A stretch of 64,000 bases of DNA. Origin: Dehalococcoidia bacterium. GTDB lineage: Bacteria > Chloroflexota > Dehalococcoidia > Bin125. Numbering within the stretch: the first letter of the stretch is position 1; each line of letters opens with the position of its first letter. Of this stretch, positions 55,763-64,000 are shown piece after piece. Position numbers and translations under genes: made by a program. The DNA is taken from contig CBDBQC010000003.1 of NCBI GenBank assembly GCA_965209205.1, forward strand, positions 897,872-961,871, given 5' to 3'. The notes under the pieces were generated by a model. The model saw only the letters and a list, made by a program, of their open reading frames with translations, was not told the DNA's origin and ran no database searches.

Positions 55763-55811
55763 CCGCCCGCTGCCAGCGGATAGGCGCACGACGGCATTGT
55801 GAACGGGGACT

Positions 55812-56363
55812 CTAGTCCGGCTCGATGAAGATGACCTTGACCGGGAACGTCGGAAACTGCCGCTGCAGGCCGATGATGTCGGTCACGAGCATCTCGCCCC
55901 GTCCTACACCCGACGACATTTGGGCTGCGAGGCGATGTGACGGGACGATTTCGACGCCAACATCGGCCTCATCCTGACGGTAGAAGTACTCCAGTTTCGC
56001 CATGTCGTAGAACATCGCGAAATACTTGCCAAGCTGCACCTCGACCAAGACTCGATCACGCGCGAAGTCGATCTGCTTGCGACCGGTCCGCAACCGGGAC
56101 GTGTCCCAGTCGGGAACGTTCGGCTTCACGGATCGCTTCAACTCCTGGAAGCCGCGCGCGTTGAACTCGGAGCGGAGCGCAGAGTTGATGGCCGTCGGAT
56201 CGAAGAGCATGCGACCTTTCTTCGTCTTCTCCTTGCTCTTCTTGGTCCGGAAGTCGCTGCCGATCGCCGCGATAACTTCGTGGATCGCCGCGTCGATGTC
56301 CGGGAACCGCGACCGGAGGATCTCGCTGCCGCCGAGATGCGAGTACTCGTAGACGGCCTTCAT
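55812..56363 (-). CDS. Type II restriction endonuclease, BglII/BstYI family
   Basis: 183 aa. MLFDPTAINSALRSEF... and DFARDRVLVEVQLGKY parallel BglII LIFDPVGTNQYIKDEL... and DFGKRDTLVEVQFSNY. ATG overlaps the methyltransferase stop (ATGA). GC ~58%. Confidence 0.7.
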   Translation of the reverse strand: MKAVYEYSHLGGSEILRSRFPDIDAAIHEVIAAIGSDFRTKKSKEKTKKGRMLFDPTAINSALRSEFNARGFQELKRSVKPNVPDWDTSRLRTGRKQIDFARDRVLVEVQLGKYFAMFYDMAKLEYFYRQDEADVGVEIVPSHRLAAQMSSGVGRGEMLVTDIIGLQRQFPTFPVKVIFIEPD

Positions 56364-57301
56364 GGCCCGCCTGGAGGACTGGCAAGCTCCAGCCGGAGCA
56401 GGCTGTCAACCTGGGGGGGCTGGTACACAGCTCTCGTCATGGGCCTGGTCCGCAGCCTACCTTCGTAAGCCTCCTTGGCTCGTTTCTTCCCGATCTCGTA
56501 GTACTCGGCCTCGATTTCTGCACCGACGGCGCGGCGCTGATGCCGCAGGGCGCCGGCGGCGGTCGAGGCGACGCCCATGAACGGGTCAACGACGAGATCA
56601 CCGATTCTTGTCATGCTCAAAACGAGACGCTCAACCAGCTCGATAGGGAACTGGCAGGGGTGAGGCGTCTTCTCAACGTGGTTGTTCTTCACGTTCGGGA
56701 ACACCCAGACATCGCCGGGGTTCTTTCCCAGCGGGTTCCCCGACAGTTGCCCCGCCCGGGGACCCTTGAAGTGGCGCTTATTCGGGTACTTCTGCGGCGT
56801 CCGAATGGGGTCGACGTCGAACAGGTAGTCGTCCCCCTTGGTGAACCAATTGATGGTCTCGTAGCGGCCGGAGAGTCGCTTGGTGCAGTGCAGCCCGTGC
56901 TCGAAGTGCCAGACGATCCGGTTCCGCATCTTGAGTCCGAGTTCCCGGAACACGGGGAACAGCAGCGCATCGAGCGGCACGATCTCGCCACGGTCGACGT
57001 GGTTCCCGACCTGCCAGCAGATCGACCCGTCGTCGGCTAGAACACGGACGGATTCCGTGATGACGGCGCGCTGGAACTCGACATAGTCGTCCAGCGAAGA
57101 GCGGTCCTCGTAGGGCTTGCCGATGTTGTACGGCGGGGAGGTCATCACGAGGCGCGCAGCCCCGTCGGGCAGCTGAGCGAGGAGTTCCAGGCAGTCGCCG
57201 TTGAAGAACGAGAAGTCGGCCTCAGGGTCGAAGTCGTCGGCGAACCGATAGGCTGCCCTCACGGGCACTTCCGCAGGTGGCTGCATCCTGAACTCCGGCA
57301 C
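56360..57301 (-). CDS. beta-class DNA methyltransferase, probable N4-cytosine (m4C) specificity, cognate to the BglII-like endonuclease
   Basis: Motif IV TSPPY precedes motif I VVDPFMGVASTAAGA (beta-class order). SPPY is typical of N4C methyltransferases (BglII and BamHI methylases are m4C). Start is GTG, or the internal ATG at ~57286. Confidence 0.75.
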   Translation of the reverse strand: MPEFRMQPPAEVPVRAAYRFADDFDPEADFSFFNGDCLELLAQLPDGAARLVMTSPPYNIGKPYEDRSSLDDYVEFQRAVITESVRVLADDGSICWQVGNHVDRGEIVPLDALLFPVFRELGLKMRNRIVWHFEHGLHCTKRLSGRYETINWFTKGDDYLFDVDPIRTPQKYPNKRHFKGPRAGQLSGNPLGKNPGDVWVFPNVKNNHVEKTPHPCQFPIELVERLVLSMTRIGDLVVDPFMGVASTAAGALRHQRRAVGAEIEAEYYEIGKKRAKEAYEGRLRTRPMTRAVYQPPQVDSLLRLELASPPGGP

Positions 57302-57547
57302 TCCGGCCCTCGGTGGTCAAGCTAGCGACCGGCTGATCCGTAGTCAAAGAACTGGACCCCCGCCTGCGAGCGCGCGCCGCCTGACACGGTTGCGGCCCGC
57401 CGCAGGTCCGCACGCCGACCGCTGACGGAAACCCCGCTCCTGCCATGGCGCACTGCTCGCCGCTTCCCCCTGTGAGAGCGCGCCGCGAATTCCCCGGGCC
57501 GGCGGCCGGGCATCGGCGCTGCGCCGCAACGCCGGCGATCCGATCGG

Positions 57548-59056
<1,509 letters not shown>

Positions 59057-59650
59057 GTCCTTCTCGGACTTCGTTGCTCACGGGTGCCGGCGGGTGGGTG
59101 GGGGAATGGAGGCGGCGCGCCGGGTGGTCTCGGATGCGGATCGGGGGCCGGGGGTGTCGATCCGGGTGGCGCGGCCGCGCGGGGCCTAGCGGTCCCGAAA
59201 GCGACCGCGCCCGGCGCGGGGTGCGCCGCGCCCACCGCGCTGGAGTTCCGGCAGGCCCTCGCGCAGGAGACTGCGATGGCCCTTGCGGTGGTCCAGGTTC
59301 GCGGGCTGGCGGTCGGGATCGGCGGCATTGCCGCCGCCGCGGCGTCGCTTACGTGGCTTGGTCATGCTGGTCCTTCGGCGGCTCATGTGCCGCGCGTTCC
59401 CTCGTGTGGGGCCCTCGTGTGGGGCCGGAGATGGGCCGCCGGCACGTCCGGTCCGCGGCCTGGGTTGGGGGTGGACTGCCGGATGGGGGACTGCCCGGCC
59501 GGCGAGCCGCCGCAGCCGTCCTACCCGGATCGGCCTGCGCGGACCGGTCGGAACTCACCCTGAGTTTACCACACGCCGAGTTCGCTCCCGCGTCACGCAG
59601 GTAACGCCGGGGCCGCGATCCCCGATACGCGTCCGGGCGCGATCAGGCGG

Positions 59651-60496
59651 CTAGGAGATCTCCAACGCCGGGAAGTGGGGATCGCGACGCTCCTGGAAGG
59701 CCGCCACCCCCTCGGCGAAGTCGGGCCACGCCATCGACGCCCGGATGCGCTCGTCCGCGTCGTCCATCGCCGGGCCCAGCGGCCGCATCAGGTCGCGGTA
59801 GGTCTGCTGCTTGATGTGCATCAGCGAGCGCGGCGACGCCGTCCGCGCCAGCGTGCGGATGTAGTCCTTGGCCGCGTCCAGCAACTCCTCGGCGGGCACG
59901 ACCTCGTTGACCAGGCCGCAGTCCTTGGCCTCTTGCGCCGAGACGCGCCGGCCGGTCCACATCATGTCCAGCGCCCGCGCGTGCCCCATCAGCCGCGGCA
60001 GCAGCCAGGTCGTGGCGTGCTCCCCGCTCAGCCCACGCTGCGCGAAGGCGTTGACGAAGAACGCGTTCTCCGCCGCGAAGCGGACGTCGCAGGCGGCCGC
60101 GAAGCTGAGGCCCATGCCGGCGGCCGGACCGTTAATCGCCCCCACGACCGGCTTGCGCACCGCCATCACGAATGTCACCGACTTCTCGTAGTCCGCGTCG
60201 CGATCCGGGCCGCCGGGAGTCAGCGTCTCCTCGACCTCCGTCAGGACGGCGTCCGAGCCCGCCGCGGCCAGATCCTGGAGGCCGCCCATGTCGGCGCCGG
60301 CGCAGAAGCCGCGGCCCGCTCCCGTGAGCACGATGCCCACCACGGACGTGTCCCGCTCCGCCGTCGCCATGGCGTGCCGCAGTTCGGCCAGCATCTCCCC
60401 GCCGATCGCATTCAGCCGTTCGGGCCGGTTGAGGGTGATCACGGCCACCGGGCCGTCTACCTCGTAGAGAATCGTCGTGTATGTGCCGGTCGTCAT
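59651..60496 (-). CDS. enoyl-CoA hydratase/isomerase family protein 4
   Basis: VAVITLNRPERLNAI...FCAGADM...INGPAAGMGLSFAAACDVRF. The ORF-track N-terminal extension is spurious. Confidence 0.8.
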   Translation of the reverse strand: MTTGTYTTILYEVDGPVAVITLNRPERLNAIGGEMLAELRHAMATAERDTSVVGIVLTGAGRGFCAGADMGGLQDLAAAGSDAVLTEVEETLTPGGPDRDADYEKSVTFVMAVRKPVVGAINGPAAGMGLSFAAACDVRFAAENAFFVNAFAQRGLSGEHATTWLLPRLMGHARALDMMWTGRRVSAQEAKDCGLVNEVVPAEELLDAAKDYIRTLARTASPRSLMHIKQQTYRDLMRPLGPAMDDADERIRASMAWPDFAEGVAAFQERRDPHFPALEIS

Positions 60497-60634
60497 CGCG
60501 ATGCCTTCCTCCGCCGGTGCGCCGCTCGGTGCCGACGCGCTGCGCGTCGTGGGGAGTGTATCCCACCGCGCCCCCGCCGAGCCCCCGCGCCTCGTCGCCC
60601 CGCCGCCACCGGGGTTTGCTAACCTGCCGGGGCG

Positions 60635-61528
60635 ATGACCACTGCCGACACCGCGACCCGCCCCTACACCATTGCGACCGACCGCGTGGGACGCCGCACG
60701 ATCGCCGTGACCACGGAGCTGACCAAGCGCCGGCTGCTGGCCTTCGCGGCCGGCATCGGCGAGTGGGCGCCCCAGTACCGCGACGACCTGCGCGCGGGCG
60801 GCCTGCTGGGCCACCCGGGCCTCGTCGAGAGCCTGATGTGGAACGCCCGGCACATGCTGGACGATGACATCGACCCGCGGGCGATCCCATTCGGTGTGCA
60901 CGCCGCGACGGACTGGCGCTTCAGCCGCGCCTTCCGTGTGGGGGACGTGATCACGACGCAGGGGGAGGTGATCGCCGTGGGGCAGATCCCGCCCGGGGTG
61001 ATCAGCACGACGCGCTATCGGATGCTCGATTCGCGGGGCGACGAGGTGGCGGTGATGGACACCAGCGGGATCATGCGCGGGCTGCGCACCGACGGCCCCG
61101 ACCGCGCGCTGGCGACCGTGCCGCCCCTGCCCGAGCGGGTCGTGGCGTCGGAGCCGCTGTGGAGCAGGGTCGTGCCGCTGCCGCCGCAGACCGCGCACGT
61201 CTACACGGAGTGCGCCGACATCTGGAACCCCATCCATACGGAGCGCGGCTTCGCGCAGGACGCCGGCCTGCCCGATCCGATTCTGCATGGGAGCTGCACG
61301 TTCGCCTTCTCCGTGCGCGAGTTGATGCGGTGCTACCTCGACAACGACCCCGCGCGGCTGCGGCGCGTCGCCGGGCAGTTCCGCTCGATCGTGATGCTGG
61401 GCGACCCCATCACTGTGCAGGCGATGGGCGAGACGCGGGACGGCGGCCGGCGCGTCGTCTTCTGGGAGACGCGCAACGCGCAGGGCGCCCCCGCCGTCGC
61501 GAACGGCGTGCTCGTCTTCGAGGCCTGA
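60635..61528 (+). CDS. MaoC-like (hot-dog fold, double-domain) dehydratase
   Basis: 297 aa with two hot-dog halves; the C-terminal half has the MaoC signature context ...IHTERGFAQDAGLPDPILHGSCTFAF... Confidence 0.65.
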   Translation: MTTADTATRPYTIATDRVGRRTIAVTTELTKRRLLAFAAGIGEWAPQYRDDLRAGGLLGHPGLVESLMWNARHMLDDDIDPRAIPFGVHAATDWRFSRAFRVGDVITTQGEVIAVGQIPPGVISTTRYRMLDSRGDEVAVMDTSGIMRGLRTDGPDRALATVPPLPERVVASEPLWSRVVPLPPQTAHVYTECADIWNPIHTERGFAQDAGLPDPILHGSCTFAFSVRELMRCYLDNDPARLRRVAGQFRSIVMLGDPITVQAMGETRDGGRRVVFWETRNAQGAPAVANGVLVFEA

Positions 61529-61546
61529 GCGGCTAGCGACCCTGGG

Positions 61547-62347
61547 CTAGCGACCGTGGTAACGGGGCGCGCGCTTCTCGGCGAACGCCTTGGGCCCTTC
61601 CGCGAAGTCGGCGGTCTGCCGTGTCGCGAAGGCCAGCATCGACTCCAGCCGGATCGCGTCATCCAGCGGCAGGCCGTGCCCTCGCACCACCGACTCCTTG
61701 ATGGCCCGCTGCGTCAGGGGCGCGCCCGACGTGAAGCGGGCCGCCGCCTCGCGCGCCAGCGGCATCACCTCGGCCGAGGGCACTACGCGGTTCACCAGCC
61801 CGTATTGCAGCGCCTGCCGCGCGTCGAGATTGTCGCCGTAGAGGATCAACTCCATCGCGATGGCGTGCGGCAGCTGACGGTAGAGCCGGTGCGTCGCCCC
61901 CAGCGTCGGGAAGATGCCGCGCCGCACCTCCGGCAGCCCGAACACCGACTTCTCCGACGCGATGCGGAAGTCGGTCACGCTGAGCAGGGTGAGCCCCGCG
62001 CCCAGGCAGTAGCCGTCGACGGCGGCGATGATCGGCTTCCAGACGTGGATGCCATCGTCGAGCGAGGCGCCGCCCCTCGGCTGGAACACCTGCGCGATCT
62101 CGGCCCCCGCGCTGCCGGGCCGGCGGGGGATCGTCTTCTTCAGGTCCGCCCCGGCCGAGAACGCCTTGCCGCCCGCGCCCGTGACGATCGCCACCCAGAT
62201 GTCGGGGTTGTCGCTGATCTCGGTCCAGGCCTCGGCCAGCGCCGCGAACGTCTCCGGATCGAGCGCGTTCATCGCCTCGGGGCGGTTGAGCGTCACCGTC
62301 GCGACGCGGTCGGCGACATCGAAGAGCACGGGTCGAGCGCCGGGCAT
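61547..62347 (-). CDS. enoyl-CoA hydratase/isomerase family protein 5
   Basis: VATVTLNRPEAMNAL...FSAGADLK...VDGYCLGAGLTLLSVTDFRI. Confidence 0.8.
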   Translation of the reverse strand: MPGARPVLFDVADRVATVTLNRPEAMNALDPETFAALAEAWTEISDNPDIWVAIVTGAGGKAFSAGADLKKTIPRRPGSAGAEIAQVFQPRGGASLDDGIHVWKPIIAAVDGYCLGAGLTLLSVTDFRIASEKSVFGLPEVRRGIFPTLGATHRLYRQLPHAIAMELILYGDNLDARQALQYGLVNRVVPSAEVMPLAREAAARFTSGAPLTQRAIKESVVRGHGLPLDDAIRLESMLAFATRQTADFAEGPKAFAEKRAPRYHGR

Positions 62348-62460
62348 GGGATCTCCAAGTGTGCCATCGCCTGGGTTGGCGGGGTATGGTGCGTGAGACT
62401 ACCATCGCCTGCGGACGATGCGACGGTGCATGCGCCCGCGAGCAGCCAAGGAGGTGCAGG

Positions 62461-63276
62461 ATGACGGACGACCGGGTGCTTTACGAGAAGCGGGACGACG
62501 GCGTCGCCCTGATCACGATCAACCGGCCGACCCGCCTCAACGCGCTCCTCCCGGACATGGGCGACCTCATGCACGACATGTTCGCCGACGCCGAAAAGGA
62601 CGAGGCGGTGCGCTGCGTCGCCCTGACCGGCGCCGGGCGCGCCTTCACCGCCGGCGGCGACGTGAAGGCGATGGCGGAGGATCAGGATACCGCCAGCGGC
62701 GGCGCCGCCAACTCCCTCGACGAGGCCGCTCGGAACCTGGCTGATTGGGGCTGGAAGATTGCGGGCCGCCTGTACACCCTGCCCAAGCCCACCGTGGCGC
62801 TCGTCAACGGCTTCGCGATGGGCGCCGGCATGAGCATCGCGCTCGCCTGCGACCTCCGCTTCTGCTCCAGCCAGGCCAAGTTCGGCACCGCCTTCCGCAA
62901 CGTCGCCCTCTCCGGTGACTTCGGCGGCAGTTGGTTCCTGCCCCGCATCGCGGGGGCGGCCGTCGCCCGCGAGCTCTACTTCACCGGCGAGATCATCGAC
63001 GCCGATCGGGCCCTGGCCCTGGGCATGGCCAACCAAGTCGTGCCGCACGAGGACTTCATGGACGCCGGGCTGGAGTACTGCGCCCAGATCGCCGCCGGCC
63101 CGCCGCTGGCCCTGGCCCGCATGAAGCTCAACCTGCAGCGCTCCGACTCCCTGTCGCTCCGCGACGCCTTCCTGTCCGAGGCGATGCACCACACGCTCAG
63201 CTCCCAGGACGAGGACCACGCCAGCGCCGCCAAGGCGTTTGTCAACAAGGAGACACCCGTCTTCCGCGGCCGCTAG
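62461..63276 (+). CDS. enoyl-CoA hydratase/isomerase family protein 6
   Basis: ATG at 62461 with RBS AAGGAGG. VALITINRPTRLNAL...FTAGGDVK...VNGFAMGAGMSIALACDLRF...PVFRGR. Confidence 0.8.
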   Translation: MTDDRVLYEKRDDGVALITINRPTRLNALLPDMGDLMHDMFADAEKDEAVRCVALTGAGRAFTAGGDVKAMAEDQDTASGGAANSLDEAARNLADWGWKIAGRLYTLPKPTVALVNGFAMGAGMSIALACDLRFCSSQAKFGTAFRNVALSGDFGGSWFLPRIAGAAVARELYFTGEIIDADRALALGMANQVVPHEDFMDAGLEYCAQIAAGPPLALARMKLNLQRSDSLSLRDAFLSEAMHHTLSSQDEDHASAAKAFVNKETPVFRGR

Positions 63277-63304
63277 CCCGGCGCGCGCGCAACGACGGCC
63301 CGCC

Positions 63305-64000
63305 ATGACCACTCTGCCCACACCCCGCGAGATCATCGACGTCCGTGACGCCCACCGATTCGACGAGGCCCGGCTGGAGGCGTACCTCGCCGAGCACATC
63401 GAGGGCTTCACGCCCCCCATGACGGTGCGCCAGTTCGACCGCGGCCAGTCCAACCCGACGTTCATGGTCGAGGCCGGCGGCAAGGAGTACGTCGTCCGCA
63501 AGAAGCCGCCCGGCGAGCTGCTCAAGAGCGCGCACGCCGTCGACCGCGAGTACCGGGTCATGGACGCACTCTGGGAGACGGATGTGCCCGTCCCCCGCAT
63601 GTACCACCTCTGCGAGGATCCGTCCGTGGTGGGCACCGAGTTCTTCGTCATGGAGCGCCTGCACGGGCGCGTCTTCATGAACTACGACGAGACCGGCGAC
63701 GACCCCGTGGGGCGTTCCGCCATGCTCGGCGACGCCATGCGCGTCCTCGCCGCGCTGCACGCCGTCGACTACGAGGCCGTGGGCCTCGGCTCCTTCGGTC
63801 GGCCCGGCAACTACGTGCAGCGGCAGTACCACCGCTGGACCAAGCAGTACCTCGCGTCGCAAACCGAGGAAATCGAGTCCTTCAATCAACTGATGGCGTG
63901 GCTGCCGGAGCGGATGCCGGAGGCGGAAGAGACCACGATCGTGCACGGCGACTTCTCGTTGCACAACATCATGTTCGCGCCCGACGCGCCGCGCATCGTG
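63305..64000 (+). CDS. phosphotransferase (APH/ChoK-like kinase) family protein, 3' partial
   Basis: ...GQSNPTFMV...YVVRKKPPG... (nucleotide-binding Lys) ...IVHGDFSLHNIMF (catalytic HGD...N loop). Runs off the window end. Confidence 0.7.
   Translation, partial: MTTLPTPREIIDVRDAHRFDEARLEAYLAEHIEGFTPPMTVRQFDRGQSNPTFMVEAGGKEYVVRKKPPGELLKSAHAVDREYRVMDALWETDVPVPRMYHLCEDPSVVGTEFFVMERLHGRVFMNYDETGDDPVGRSAMLGDAMRVLAALHAVDYEAVGLGSFGRPGNYVQRQYHRWTKQYLASQTEEIESFNQLMAWLPERMPEAEETTIVHGDFSLHNIMFAPDAPRIV

Noticed and set aside
59186-59386. 66-aa highly basic ORF (MSRRRTSMTKPRKRRRGGG...) upstream of rpoD.
   Set aside because: No RBS and no recognisable family. It lies in the long rpoD leader on the same strand and is probably non-coding.

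Overview
This is a ~70% GC chromosomal segment of a monoderm, high-GC bacterium. An Actinobacteria-like origin is inferred from F420/PPOX-type enzymes, a SigA/RpoD with a long basic N-terminal extension, a GAAC-N4-GTTC (Cheo/LexA-type) box, and lipoproteins with acidic low-complexity linkers after the lipobox Cys. No rRNA, tRNA or CRISPR array was detected by eye.

Gene content, in order:
- a partial ParD antitoxin with a truncated ParE remnant; ABM monooxygenase, VOC and PhyH-family genes;
- a dpp/opp-like ABC locus (family-5 SBP lipoprotein, DppB, DppC); cysDN; a P-type ATPase; a CitE/HpcH-like CoA-ester lyase; alanine dehydrogenase; a DUF3179 lipoprotein;
- a cobalamin riboswitch followed by a BtuF/FecCD/ATPase-type importer; PPOX, pterin dehydratase and threonine dehydratase genes;
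- a low-GC island encoding a single-chain MmeI-like (Type IIG) R-M enzyme, next to DinB and SRAP (YedK) genes;
- three tandem enoyl-CoA hydratases; an orphan paralogue of the SBP gene; a HicB-like/HicA-like pair;
- a luciferase-like monooxygenase, an aminotransferase, an esterase and an M20 peptidase;
- a DUF5131 (three-Cys, Gp37/Gp68-like) plus TcmP-like gene pair, divergent from lhr with a LexA-type box between them;
- DUF169, CoA-transferase, PanE, hydrolase, acyl-CoA synthetase, MBL hydrolase, DinB-like, MGMT, F420-type luciferase-like oxidoreductase and SRPBCC genes;
- a second low-GC island (zinc-ribbon-DUF4145 protein, then a BglII-like endonuclease with an N4-cytosine-type methyltransferase) directly beside rpoD/sigA;
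- a second acyl-CoA cluster (ECH, MaoC, ECH, ECH, APH-like kinase).

Non-coding signals:
- a family of inverted-repeat-bounded palindromic repeats (about 5 copies);
- a 5' module shared by the two SBP paralogues, with a hairpin that sequesters the RBS and a poly-C tract of different length in each copy;
- consensus DnaA boxes in an AT-rich promoter patch.

Many long antisense or alternate-frame ORFs in the track are GC-driven artefacts. Manual coordinates for non-CDS elements may be off by 1-2 nt.
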